Notes under the pieces: generated by a model
Told to the model about the DNA's origin: nothing
Seen by the model: the letters and a program-made list of their open reading frames with translations, nothing else
Database searches by the model: none
In this document: positions 29,018 to 40,669 of the stretch, piece by piece
How positions within the stretch are numbered: position 1 is the stretch's first letter
How the letters are laid out: the number at the start of each line of letters is the position of its first letter
Program-made: the position numbers and the translations under genes
Origin: an uncultured Flavobacteriaceae bacterium
GTDB lineage: Bacteria; Bacteroidota; Bacteroidia; Flavobacteriales; Flavobacteriaceae
Length of the DNA stretch: 50,619 nt
Direction: 5' to 3'
NCBI GenBank assembly: GCA_964403095.1
Contig: CAYOFS010000002.1
Location: 1-50,619, forward strand

Positions 29018-30100
29018 ATGATAATAGGAGTTTTAAAAGAATGGTTTGATAAAAAAGTAGGATTAGTTCCTGTTGTGGTTGAAAAATTTATAGCAAAAGG
29101 TTATGAAGTACAGATAGAAACAAAAGCTGGTAGAAGATCTTTTTTTGCAAATGCTCAGTTTGAAGAAGCAGGAGCAACTATAAAAACAAGAGCGGAAATC
29201 TTTAAAAATGCAGATATATTAATTTCTTTCACGCCAATAAAAGAAGATGAATGTAGTATGCTAAAAAGTGGAACTATTTATATTTCACATTTCAAACCGT
29301 ATATACTTAAAAAAATTCCCGAACGATTACAAAAGTATAACATACATGCTTTTAGCTTAGACATGATACCTCGGTCTTCAATTGCACAATCTATGGACGT
29401 TTTATCATCTATGTCTTCAATTTCAGGTTACAAAGCAGTTTTGAGAGCAGCAGATTTATTACCAAGATATTTTCCAATGATGATTACTTCTGCAGGAAGT
29501 ATAAAACCAGCTAAAGTATTAGTTATTGGTGCTGGAGTTGCAGGTTTACAAGCTATTGCAACTGCAAAAAGAATAGGCGCAATTGTTGAAGCAGTAGATA
29601 CTCGTTTAGAAACAGAAGACGAAGTAAAATCTTTAGGAGGAAAATTCTTAAAAGTAGCAGGAGCAAATCAGGCAACAGACCAAGGTTATGGAGCTCAACA
29701 AAGTGAAGAATACATACAAAAACAACGTGAAATGATGTTCAAACACATCACAAATGCCGATGTTATTATATGTACAGCAACAGTTAGAAGCAACAAAGCA
29801 CCAGTTATTGTTACAAAAGAAATGGTTGAAGGTATGCGCAGAGGCTCTGTAATTATTGATTTAGCCTCAGATTCTGGTGGAAATTGTGAACTTACTGTAG
29901 ATGGTAAAACAACGCTACATAATTACGTTCACATTGTTGGTGATTCAAATCTATCTGACGCAGCAGTAGTTGATGCAAGTACCTTATTTGCAAACAATGT
30001 ATTTAACTTCTTAAATCACATCTCTAATGATGATTTACAATTAAAAACAGAAAACTTAGATGAAATCTATACATCTTCTTGTATAGCAACACCTAAATAA
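29018..30100 (+). CDS. pntAA: NAD(P) transhydrogenase subunit alpha, part 1 (dI)
   Basis: Alanine-dehydrogenase/PNT fold with NAD-binding motif VLVIGAGVAGLQAI. Start placed at MIIGVLKE. Confidence 0.9.
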   Translation: MIIGVLKEWFDKKVGLVPVVVEKFIAKGYEVQIETKAGRRSFFANAQFEEAGATIKTRAEIFKNADILISFTPIKEDECSMLKSGTIYISHFKPYILKKIPERLQKYNIHAFSLDMIPRSSIAQSMDVLSSMSSISGYKAVLRAADLLPRYFPMMITSAGSIKPAKVLVIGAGVAGLQAIATAKRIGAIVEAVDTRLETEDEVKSLGGKFLKVAGANQATDQGYGAQQSEEYIQKQREMMFKHITNADVIICTATVRSNKAPVIVTKEMVEGMRRGSVIIDLASDSGGNCELTVDGKTTLHNYVHIVGDSNLSDAAVVDASTLFANNVFNFLNHISNDDLQLKTENLDEIYTSSCIATPK

Positions 30101-30109
30101 AAACATATT

Positions 30110-30424
30110 ATGAGCGAAATTACACAATTCTTATCCGAAAATTTAAACATGATTTATGTACTAACCTTTGCAATATTTTTAGGTTTTGAAATCATATCAA
30201 AAGTACCAACAGTTTTACATACACCTTTAATGTCTGGTTCAAATGCAATTAGTGGTGTTATCTTAATAGGAGCTATTTTACTGATTAGACAAACGCCATC
30301 AGATAATTATATTACACTTGGCTTGGCTACTTTAGGAATTGTTTTTGGAACAATTAATGTTGTTGGAGGATTTGCTGTAACAGGTAGAATGTTAGAAATG
30401 TTTAACAAGAAAAAACGTAAATAG
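30110..30424 (+). CDS. pntAB: NAD(P) transhydrogenase subunit alpha, part 2 (membrane dII-a)
   Basis: 104-aa hydrophobic protein located between pntAA and pntB (HTPLMSGSNAISGV motif). Confidence 0.88.
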   Translation: MSEITQFLSENLNMIYVLTFAIFLGFEIISKVPTVLHTPLMSGSNAISGVILIGAILLIRQTPSDNYITLGLATLGIVFGTINVVGGFAVTGRMLEMFNKKKRK

Positions 30425-31819
30425 ATGGTAGTATTTTTTGATATAGTATTGTTTATAGGAGCTATTTTATTAATAATTGGTTTACGAAAACTTTCAAACC
30501 CTGCAACTGCAAATAAAGGTAATAAATTAGCTGCCCTAGGTGTAGGTTTAGGTATAATAGCTGCAATTTTTTATCCTTTAGAAGGTCAGCAATCATGGAG
30601 TGTAAATAACTTTATATATATAGCCGTTGGAATTGCTATTGGTACTGCTATTGGATATATAGCAGCTAAAAAAGTAGCTATGACATCAATGCCAGAAATG
30701 GTATCTGTTTTTAACGGATTAGGAGGTTTATCGGCTGCTTTAATCTCTTTAGTTTGGTTGTTTAATAATCACTCAGCTGGAAATGGAACCGATGTTAGTG
30801 TTGTTCTGGCTAACCTATTTTTAGGTTTTGTTGCTTTTATGGGCTCTATGGTAGCTTATGGGAAATTAAGTGGTAAACTACAAGACAAGCATTTAAAAAT
30901 ACCTTTTTCAACTTTTGTAAATATTAGCTTATTACTTGTTGCAATTGGCTTAATAGCTTATTATGCTTATAACGGACAATTAAGTAATACAGAGCTGATT
31001 GTGTTTTCTGTATTATCAATTATTTATGGAATTACCTTTGTTGCGCCAATTGGAGGAGCAGATATGCCAGTAGTAATCTCACTTTTAAATTCCTTAACAG
31101 GAATTACAGCAGCAATTTCGGGAATAATGACCGATAATAAACTAATGCTTTTAGGAGGAGTTTTAGTAGGTTCATCGGGAATTATTTTAACATTAATGAT
31201 GTGTACAGCTATGAATAGATCGTTATTAAGCGTTTTATTTGGTAGTTTTTCTGCTAAAAAATCAAGTGTAACACAGTCTGAAGATGGCATTGTAAAAGAA
31301 ATAACACCATCTGATTTGGCTATACAGTTAGCATATTCAGAAACAGTAGCCATAATTCCTGGTTACGGAATGGCAGTTGCCCAAGCCCAAAAAGTAATTA
31401 AAGAATTAGAAATTATATTAAACAGAAAAGACGTAGATTTAAAATACGCCATACATCCAGTTGCAGGTAGAATGCCAGGGCATATGAATGTTTTATTAGC
31501 CGAAGCAGATATTAGTTATGATAAATTATTAGACTTAGATGAAGCCAATGATTATCTAGCAAATGCAGATGTAGCCATAGTTGTTGGAGCAAATGACGTT
31601 GTAAATCCATCGGCAAAAGATGATCCGTCAAGTAAAATTTACGGAATGCCAATATTAGATCTTTCTAAAACTAAAAATGTAATTGTACTTAAAAGAAGTA
31701 TGAAACCTGGATATGCAGGTATTCAAAATCCGTTATTCTTCAAAGACAATACAAAAATGTTATTTGGCGATGCTAAAAAAAGTATTGAAACCATTTTAAG
31801 CGAATTGAAAGATTTGTAA
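30425..31819 (+). CDS. pntB: NAD(P) transhydrogenase subunit beta
   Basis: Multi-TM N-terminus plus a C-terminal dIII NADP(H) domain (PGYGMAVAQAQ, HPVAGRMPGHMNVLLAEA, GANDVVNP). Confidence 0.93.
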   Translation: MVVFFDIVLFIGAILLIIGLRKLSNPATANKGNKLAALGVGLGIIAAIFYPLEGQQSWSVNNFIYIAVGIAIGTAIGYIAAKKVAMTSMPEMVSVFNGLGGLSAALISLVWLFNNHSAGNGTDVSVVLANLFLGFVAFMGSMVAYGKLSGKLQDKHLKIPFSTFVNISLLLVAIGLIAYYAYNGQLSNTELIVFSVLSIIYGITFVAPIGGADMPVVISLLNSLTGITAAISGIMTDNKLMLLGGVLVGSSGIILTLMMCTAMNRSLLSVLFGSFSAKKSSVTQSEDGIVKEITPSDLAIQLAYSETVAIIPGYGMAVAQAQKVIKELEIILNRKDVDLKYAIHPVAGRMPGHMNVLLAEADISYDKLLDLDEANDYLANADVAIVVGANDVVNPSAKDDPSSKIYGMPILDLSKTKNVIVLKRSMKPGYAGIQNPLFFKDNTKMLFGDAKKSIETILSELKDL

Positions 31820-31839
31820 TACTAGGTCTAGTATTACAA
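31814..31839 (+). terminator. Perfect 12-bp inverted repeat overlapping the pntB stop (putative terminator)
   Basis: ttgtaatactag / ctagtattacaa separated by 2 nt, followed by an A/T-rich tract. Confidence 0.55.
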
Positions 31840-31848
31840 ATAATATTT

Positions 31849-31856
31849 TATCTTTG
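31849..31856 (+). promoter_or_regulatory. -7 promoter box TAtcTTTG for metK
   Basis: tatctttg lies 129 nt upstream of the metK ATG. This leader is unusually long compared with the other genes in the window. Confidence 0.5.
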
Positions 31857-31985
31857 TCAAAAAGAAATACTAATTTCTTAGAGGAAGAATTTGACTGATT
31901 GCAACCTCATTAAAAAAAATGCTAAAACAGTGTAGATTTTTCTACTTGCAATCGTCTCTCTTTTACTTTAAGATAAAAAAATATT
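31857..31985 (+). promoter_or_regulatory. Structured metK 5' leader, candidate SAM-responsive riboswitch/attenuator
   Basis: Hairpin agaaat/atttct (31864..31879). An 8-bp helix gattgcaa (31897..31904) / ttgcaatc (31946..31953) encloses an A-rich AAAAAAAAUGCUAAAA segment and an inner hairpin gtaga-tttt-tctac (31932..31945), followed by the U-rich gucucucuuuuacuuu. No covariance model was run. Confidence 0.4.
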
Positions 31986-33260
31986 ATGTCATATTTATTC
32001 ACTTCGGAATCTGTTTCCGAAGGACATCCAGATAAAGTAGCCGATCAAATTTCTGATGCACTTATAGATAATTTTTTAGCTTTTGATTCAGATTCAAAAG
32101 TAGCTTGTGAAACTTTAGTAACCACTGGTCAAGTAGTTTTAGCAGGCGAAGTAAAATCAAAAACATATTTAGACGTTCAAAAAATTGCACGTGATGTAAT
32201 TAATAAAATTGGCTATACAAAAAGTGAATATATGTTTGATGGAAACTCGTGTGGAGTTTTCTCAGCAATTCACGAACAATCAGCCGATATTAATCAAGGT
32301 GTTGATAAAAAAAATCCAGAAGATCAAGGCGCAGGCGATCAAGGAATGATGTTTGGTTATGCAACTGATGAGACAGAAAACTACATGCCTTTAGCTTTAG
32401 ATTTATCTCATTTAATTTTGGTGGAATTAGCAGCAATGCGAAGAGAATTAACCGATATTAAATATCTTCGCCCAGATGCAAAATCTCAAGTAACTATTGA
32501 GTATTCTGATGATAATATTCCTGTTAGAATTGATACTATTGTAGTTTCAACACAACACGATGATTTTATAAAAGGCGATGATAAGCAAAAAGTAGATAAT
32601 GAGATGTTGTCTATCATTAAAAAAGATATTGTAGAAATATTAATACCAAGAGTTATTGCAAAATTACCAACAAAAATTCAAGCCTTATTTAATGATGATA
32701 TCACGTATCATATTAATCCAACAGGAACATTTGTAATTGGTGGTCCACATGGTGATACAGGTCTTACAGGCAGAAAAATTATTGTAGATACTTATGGTGG
32801 AAAAGGAGCGCATGGTGGTGGAGCATTTTCAGGTAAAGATCCAAGTAAAGTAGATCGTTCTGGAGCTTATGCAACTCGCCATATTGCTAAAAATTTAGTG
32901 GCAGCTGGTTTGTGTAAAGAAGTTTTAGTCCAAGTATCTTACGCTATTGGAGTAGCAAAACCAACAAGTATTAATGTAGAAACTTACGGAACCTCATCCG
33001 TGAATTTAACAGATGGAGAAATAAGTAAAATAGTAGAAGAACTATTTGATATGCGTCCGTATTTTATAGAAAAACGATTAAAACTCAGAAACCCTATTTA
33101 TTTAGAAACCGCTGCTTATGGGCACATGGGGAGAACTCCTGAAGTCAAAACTGTTCGCTTTGAATCTCCTAATGGAGAAGTGGCTGAAAAAGAAGTAGAA
33201 ACTTTTACTTGGGAAAAATTAGATTATGTAGATAAAGTGAAAGAAGCTTTTGATTTATAA
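31986..33260 (+). CDS. metK: S-adenosylmethionine synthase
   Basis: [30 protein letters not shown] and [16 protein letters not shown] motifs. 424 aa. Confidence 0.97.
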   Translation: MSYLFTSESVSEGHPDKVADQISDALIDNFLAFDSDSKVACETLVTTGQVVLAGEVKSKTYLDVQKIARDVINKIGYTKSEYMFDGNSCGVFSAIHEQSADINQGVDKKNPEDQGAGDQGMMFGYATDETENYMPLALDLSHLILVELAAMRRELTDIKYLRPDAKSQVTIEYSDDNIPVRIDTIVVSTQHDDFIKGDDKQKVDNEMLSIIKKDIVEILIPRVIAKLPTKIQALFNDDITYHINPTGTFVIGGPHGDTGLTGRKIIVDTYGGKGAHGGGAFSGKDPSKVDRSGAYATRHIAKNLVAAGLCKEVLVQVSYAIGVAKPTSINVETYGTSSVNLTDGEISKIVEELFDMRPYFIEKRLKLRNPIYLETAAYGHMGRTPEVKTVRFESPNGEVAEKEVETFTWEKLDYVDKVKEAFDL

Positions 33261-33363
33261 TTTTCATACTTTTACTCTACGAAATTAGGAGTCTATGTGG
33301 TATGAGCTCGTTCGCTTAGTAAAGCAAGTTATACCTACAAGTTTAATTACAATAATTCAAAAT

Positions 33364-33411
33364 AAGCCTTTTAGCGTTAATATTCATAAGGATATTAACG
33401 CTAAAAGGCTT
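33364..33411. terminator. Perfect 20-bp-stem hairpin downstream of metK (putative bidirectional terminator / dispersed hairpin element)
   Basis: aagccttttagcgttaatat - tcataagg - atattaacgctaaaaggctt. The arms are exactly complementary. Confidence 0.6.
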
Positions 33412-33456
33412 AAATTGGAAGGTGAAATATTAATTTATAGATTGTAATAAAACCCG

Positions 33457-33464
33457 TATATTTG
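33457..33464 (+). promoter_or_regulatory. -7 promoter box TAtaTTTG upstream of the glycosyltransferase gene
   Basis: tatatttg lies 19 nt upstream of the TTG start at 33484. Confidence 0.45.
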
Positions 33465-33483
33465 TCTAACAAAGCCTTATATT

Positions 33484-34599
33484 TTGCAAAAAATAATTAT
33501 ATCAGTAACCAATGATTTAACTACCGATCAACGTGTTGATAAGGTGTGTAACTCATTAATTAATATAGGATTTGATGTTTTACTTATAGGAAGAAAATTA
33601 CCAAATAGCCTTCCCTTACAACTAAATTATAAAACGCACAGAATAAAATTATTTTTCAATAAAGGTTTTTTATTCTATGCCGAATATAATATCCGATTAT
33701 TCTTTTATATCCTTTTCAAAAAAAAAGAAATTCTATTATCAAACGATTTAGACACTTTATTAGCTAATTATTTAATAAGTAAAATTCAAAACAAAAAATT
33801 GGTTTACGATAGCCATGAATTATTTACCGAAGTTCCTGAATTAGTAAATAGACCAAAAACACAAAAAATTTGGCGTAAACTTGAGAAGAATATTCTACCA
33901 AAACTTAAAAACACCTATACAGTTTGTCAATCCATAGCAGATTATTATAATAAAAAATATAAAACCGATTTTAAAGTTGTTAGAAATATTCCTGTTTTTA
34001 GCAACATACAACACAAAGAGGTAATTAATCACGCCTTACAACCAAAGACTAAAGACCAAATACCCAAAATTATAATCTACCAAGGAGCATTAAACAAAGG
34101 TAGAGGTATCGAATTAATGATTAAAACTATGCAGTATCTAGATAATTGTAAATTTGTTATTGTTGGTGATGGCGATATATCAGAAGAATTAAAAACTTTA
34201 GTAAAATATGAAAATTTAATAAATGAAATAGAATTTTTAGGAAAAAAAACACCATCCGAACTTAAAAAAATAACTCCACAAGCCGATTTAGGTATTAGTA
34301 TTGAAGAAGATTTAGGCTTAAATTATCATTTTGCTTTACCTAATAAAATATTCGATTATATCCACGCAAATATTCCCATTTTAGTATCTGATTTACCTGA
34401 AATGAAGCAAATAGTATCAGATTATCAAGTAGGAGAAATCATTCAAAATAGAAACCCTGAAAAATTAGCAAGACAAATTCAAAATATATTGAATAAAGAA
34501 AGTGATTTTTGGAATAAAAACCTAAAGAAAGCCACTTTAGACTTACAATGGCAGAAAGAAGAAAAACAATTAAAACTAATCTTTAAAAACCTTGTTTAA
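33484..34599 (+). CDS. Glycosyltransferase, GT4/GT-B fold family
   Basis: 371 aa with a C-terminal GT-B region (IIYQGALNKGRGIE...FVIVGDG...LGISIEED.GLNYHFALPNKIFDYI). Apparent TTG start. Confidence 0.75.
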   Translation: MQKIIISVTNDLTTDQRVDKVCNSLINIGFDVLLIGRKLPNSLPLQLNYKTHRIKLFFNKGFLFYAEYNIRLFFYILFKKKEILLSNDLDTLLANYLISKIQNKKLVYDSHELFTEVPELVNRPKTQKIWRKLEKNILPKLKNTYTVCQSIADYYNKKYKTDFKVVRNIPVFSNIQHKEVINHALQPKTKDQIPKIIIYQGALNKGRGIELMIKTMQYLDNCKFVIVGDGDISEELKTLVKYENLINEIEFLGKKTPSELKKITPQADLGISIEEDLGLNYHFALPNKIFDYIHANIPILVSDLPEMKQIVSDYQVGEIIQNRNPEKLARQIQNILNKESDFWNKNLKKATLDLQWQKEEKQLKLIFKNLV

Positions 34600-34675
34600 A
34601 AAAAATATTTTTAAGTGATATGTATCTGATTTGCAATTATATATGTAATCTGTTATAGTTTTATCATGTTAATAA

Positions 34676-36697
<2,022 letters not shown>

Positions 36698-36845
36698 AAA
36701 ACAACCCTACTAGCTGTACATTTACATTTTAAAACGAACTGAAATTAGTAGGTTTATTTTAATATGTAAATAGTTAGTAGTATTAATAAATGTTATTTCT
36801 GTACAGGCAGAAATTTAACCTAAAATCAATTACAATATAACAATT

Positions 36846-37901
36846 ATGAAAAACCTATTTTTCGTGCTTTTTATTTCGATGGTATTTAATACTAATGCAC
36901 AAAACATCGAAGATTTATTGGTTTCTGGTAAAAAAGATGCTTCAATATATCTTGGTCATTATATAGAACCCGTAAATAAAGGGCTAATTTACAATCTAAA
37001 TAACGGCTGGTATCATACTGGTAAAACACACGAAAAATACGGATTTGATATAACTATTCAAGCAACAGCTTCACTCGTTCCTGAAAATGATAAAACATTC
37101 ACTTTTAGAAATAGTAACTATACTAATTTAGCATTGCAAAGTGGATTATCCTCAGATAATTTACCCACAGTAATGGGAGGTGATAGTAATCAATTAATAG
37201 ATGTAAGAATCCCTGTTGATGCGCTTGGAAATACAGTTCCTTTAGGCACACAAGCAGGTTTTAAAATAGCATCATTTGAAACTTTAGATGGTATTGAAGA
37301 TGAATTACCTATTGCTGCAGTTCCAACTCCAATGGTACAATTTGGCTTAGGATTACCTTCAAAAACGGATTTAAAATTACGATTTGTACCAAATGTTGGT
37401 AGTGATGATGTGACATTTAATCTTTTTGGAATTGGTTTACAGCATAATATTTTACAACATTTTAAAGTAACAGATAGAAATCCAATTTTTGACTTATCTG
37501 TTTTGGCAGCCTTTACAACATCTAAAACAGTTTATACTCCAAAAGATAGTAGTATTGGTATAAACCAAGAAACAATTATTAATATTAATGCATATACTGC
37601 TCAGTTAATTGGAAACGTTGATTTGAAAATTATTAACTTTTATGCAGGTATTGGTTATGTAGCAGGCTCATCATCGGTTAAAGTTCTAGGTGATTATACC
37701 TTTAATTATAATTATGTTGGTGTCCCATTGCCAAGTACATCAGCAGTAATTCACGACCCAATAGATATTAACCACAGCCTTAGCGGAATAAAAACTACAT
37801 TAGGTATGCGATTAAACATAGCATGGTTTAAAATTTTTGCCGATTATACTATTCAAGAATATCATACAGCTAATGCAGGAATTGCCTTTAGCTTTAAATA
37901 A
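36846..37901 (+). CDS. Predicted outer-membrane beta-barrel protein, function unknown
   Basis: Signal peptide (ISMVFNTNAQ) and a C-terminal beta-signal-like end (ANAGIAFSFK). 351 aa. Confidence 0.55.
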   Translation: MKNLFFVLFISMVFNTNAQNIEDLLVSGKKDASIYLGHYIEPVNKGLIYNLNNGWYHTGKTHEKYGFDITIQATASLVPENDKTFTFRNSNYTNLALQSGLSSDNLPTVMGGDSNQLIDVRIPVDALGNTVPLGTQAGFKIASFETLDGIEDELPIAAVPTPMVQFGLGLPSKTDLKLRFVPNVGSDDVTFNLFGIGLQHNILQHFKVTDRNPIFDLSVLAAFTTSKTVYTPKDSSIGINQETIININAYTAQLIGNVDLKIINFYAGIGYVAGSSSVKVLGDYTFNYNYVGVPLPSTSAVIHDPIDINHSLSGIKTTLGMRLNIAWFKIFADYTIQEYHTANAGIAFSFK

Positions 37902-37925
37902 ATATTAACGCTAAAAACAAATAAA

Positions 37926-38852
37926 ATGAAAGTAACAGTAGTAGGTGCAGGTGCCGTAGGTGCAAGTTGTGCAGAATATATTGCAATTAAAGATTTTGCC
38001 TCAGAAGTTGTGCTTTTAGACATAAAAGAAGGTTTTGCCGAAGGCAAGGCAATGGATTTAATGCAAACAGCCTCTTTAAATGGATTTGATACAAAAATAA
38101 CAGGTGTAACAAGTGATTATTTAAAAACAGCTAATAGTAATATTTGTGTAATCACAAGTGGTATCCCACGTAAGCCAGGAATGACTCGTGAAGAATTAAT
38201 AGGTATCAATGCAGGTATTGTAAAAATGGTTTCTTCAAGCTTATTAGAACATTCACCAAATACAATTATTATTGTAGTAAGTAATCCAATGGATACAATG
38301 GCATATCTAGTTCATAAAACAACAGGTATTGCCAAAAATAAAATTATTGGTATGGGTGGCGCTTTAGATTCAGCACGTTTTAAATATCGTTTAGCCCAAG
38401 CTTTAGAAGCTCCATTATCCGATGTTGATGGAATGGTAATTGGTGGTCATAGTGATAAAGGAATGATTCCTTTAACAAGACTAGCAACTAGAAATAGTGT
38501 AAGTGTTAGTGAATTTTTAAGTAAAGAACGTTTAGAAAAAGTTGCAGCTGACACAAAAGTAGGTGGTGCAACTTTAACAGGCTTATTAGGAACTTCTGCT
38601 TGGTATGCTCCTGGAGCTGCTGTATCTGCTATGGTTCAAGCTATTGCCTGTGACACTAAAAAAATGTTTCCAGTTTCTAGTTTATTAGAAGGAGAATATG
38701 GTTTAAATGATATTTCAATTGGTGTTCCTGTAATTTTAGGTAAAAACGGAATTGAAAAAATTGTAGAAATTAATCTTTCCGATGCTGAAAAAACTAATTT
38801 ACATCAAAGTGCCGAAGCAGTTAGAAAAACAAATGGCTTATTAGAATTATAA
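37926..38852 (+). CDS. mdh: Malate dehydrogenase (LDH-like type)
   Basis: KVTVVGAGAVGASCA Rossmann motif, the GIPRKPGMTR substrate loop with Arg typical of MDH, and GGHSD. 308 aa. Confidence 0.93.
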   Translation: MKVTVVGAGAVGASCAEYIAIKDFASEVVLLDIKEGFAEGKAMDLMQTASLNGFDTKITGVTSDYLKTANSNICVITSGIPRKPGMTREELIGINAGIVKMVSSSLLEHSPNTIIIVVSNPMDTMAYLVHKTTGIAKNKIIGMGGALDSARFKYRLAQALEAPLSDVDGMVIGGHSDKGMIPLTRLATRNSVSVSEFLSKERLEKVAADTKVGGATLTGLLGTSAWYAPGAAVSAMVQAIACDTKKMFPVSSLLEGEYGLNDISIGVPVILGKNGIEKIVEINLSDAEKTNLHQSAEAVRKTNGLLEL

Positions 38853-38868
38853 ACACATTAATCAGCAT

Positions 38869-38908
38869 AAAAAAGTCAGTACTTAATAAGTACTGACTTT
38901 TTATTTTT
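38869..38908 (+). terminator. Rho-independent terminator after mdh
   Basis: aaaaagtcagtactta / taagtactgacttttt inverted repeat followed by a T-run. Confidence 0.8.
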
Positions 38909-39181
38909 AGGAATATTATCTACGAGACATTAAAAAAAACTTAGCCCGTATTATTCATAGATTTTTGTTATGAAAAGTCAAAACACCAATAGAAACCTAA
39001 CGAAGTGGTTCACGAATACAAAAACAAATATAAAATGAATGAGTAATTGTAGCTCAATTTCGAGCATTTTCAATTATAGTAGATGGTTTGGCTTTGCAAT
39101 AGAAAATTTGTGAATAATTCGGGTTAAATATAATCATAAAATGGAAAATATTATATAAACTATTGTTTCCGTTTTTTATAG

Positions 39182-39189
39182 TACTTTTG
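39182..39189 (+). promoter_or_regulatory. -7 promoter box TActTTTG upstream of mgtE
   Basis: tacttttg lies 18 nt upstream of the ATG at 39208. Confidence 0.5.
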
Positions 39190-39207
39190 CCTTAAATCTT
39201 TACAGTT

Positions 39208-40563
39208 ATGCAATTTGAAGTAAATAAAGATACTATATCAATAATTAAAAAATTAATTATTGATAACAACAATGTAGCTATATCATCTATGTTGAAAAAA
39301 CTACATTATGCTGATATTGCCGAAATTTTAGATGTATTAGATTTTGATTCTTCCATCCATATTTTTAAATTATTAGATAGTGAAGTTACATCGGATATTT
39401 TAACCGAATTAGATGATGATATTCGTGATAGAATTTTAAACGAACTTTCTGCTAAAGAAATTGCCGAAGAAATTGATGAACTTGAAACCGATGATGCTGC
39501 AGATATTATTGCCGAATTACCAGACGAACAAAAAGAAGAAGTAATTGCACAACTAGACAATGTTGAACACGCAAAAGACATTGTTGACCTACTACGTTAT
39601 GATGAAGATACGGCAGGTGGTATTATGGGTAAAGAACTTATCAAAGTTTACGAAGATTGGAATATGTTTACTTGCATACGTGAAATGCGTAAACAAGCTG
39701 AAAATATTGATAAAGTGCATACCGTTTATGTAGTAGATAATAATGAGATTTTAAAAGGACGACTTTCTCTAAAAAGTATGTTAACTACTTCTACAAAAAC
39801 ACCAATTAAAGAAATCTATAATGATCATATAGTATCGGTAAAAGTAGAGGATCAAGGAGAGCAAATTGCATTAATCATGCAAAAATACGATTTAGTAGTT
39901 GTGCCAGTAATCGATGAAATGGGAAGACTCGTTGGTAAAATTACTATTGATGATGTAGTTGATATTATAAAAGAAGAAGCAGAAAAAGATTATCAAATGG
40001 CTGCTGGTTTAACCGATGATGTAGAGGCAGATGATACTATTTTTGAATTAATAAAAGGTAGATTACCTTGGTTAACTCTCGGCTTATTAGGTGGTTTAGG
40101 AAGTGTTTTTATATTAGAAAGCTTTGAAGACGTTATGAGTAACCCTAATTATAGAAGGTTGTTCTTTTTCACACCTCTAATTGCTGCAATGGCAGGGAAT
40201 GTTGGTGTACAATCATCAGCAATTGTAGTACAAGGATTGGCAAATAATATAATAAAAGGAAGTATTTGGAGTAGGTTAATTAAAGAAGTGAGTTTAAGTT
40301 TATTCAATGGTATTGTACTCGCATTAATGGTTGCTGTTTTTGGCTATTTTACAGGTTACTCTTTAAACTTTATATTAAGCATTAGTACTTCATTAATTGC
40401 AGTTATTATTATCGCATCATTAGTAGGTACTTTTATCCCAATAATATTAGATAAAAGAGGTATAGATCCTGCTCTTGCAACTGGTCCATTTATCACTACA
40501 AGTAATGATATATTTGGTATATTTATATTTTTCTATATCGCTAAATTAATTTTAGGTTTTTAA
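39208..40563 (+). CDS. mgtE: Magnesium transporter MgtE
   Basis: Acidic N-domain, CBS pair and five C-terminal TM helices with the PFITTSNDI motif. 451 aa. Confidence 0.93.
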   Translation: MQFEVNKDTISIIKKLIIDNNNVAISSMLKKLHYADIAEILDVLDFDSSIHIFKLLDSEVTSDILTELDDDIRDRILNELSAKEIAEEIDELETDDAADIIAELPDEQKEEVIAQLDNVEHAKDIVDLLRYDEDTAGGIMGKELIKVYEDWNMFTCIREMRKQAENIDKVHTVYVVDNNEILKGRLSLKSMLTTSTKTPIKEIYNDHIVSVKVEDQGEQIALIMQKYDLVVVPVIDEMGRLVGKITIDDVVDIIKEEAEKDYQMAAGLTDDVEADDTIFELIKGRLPWLTLGLLGGLGSVFILESFEDVMSNPNYRRLFFFTPLIAAMAGNVGVQSSAIVVQGLANNIIKGSIWSRLIKEVSLSLFNGIVLALMVAVFGYFTGYSLNFILSISTSLIAVIIIASLVGTFIPIILDKRGIDPALATGPFITTSNDIFGIFIFFYIAKLILGF

Positions 40564-40669
40564 CAAGGTAATCGAGTTGAAAATCCTCTTTATTCATAAC
40601 AAAAAAACTGCTGTTTAAAATAACTGATGTATTAATTGATTACACCTTTACATTATCTAGAACAATTTT

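Noticed and set aside
38909-39181. A long (about 270 bp) unexplained spacer upstream of mgtE, checked for an M-box magnesium riboswitch and for small ORFs (for example the 22-codon MKSQNTNRNLTKWFTNTKTNIK).
   Set aside because: The best promoter box lies only 18 nt from the mgtE ATG, downstream of this spacer. I could not recognise M-box-like GC-rich helices in this very AT-rich stretch. The sORF has no supporting features. A covariance-model scan (Rfam RF00380) would settle it.
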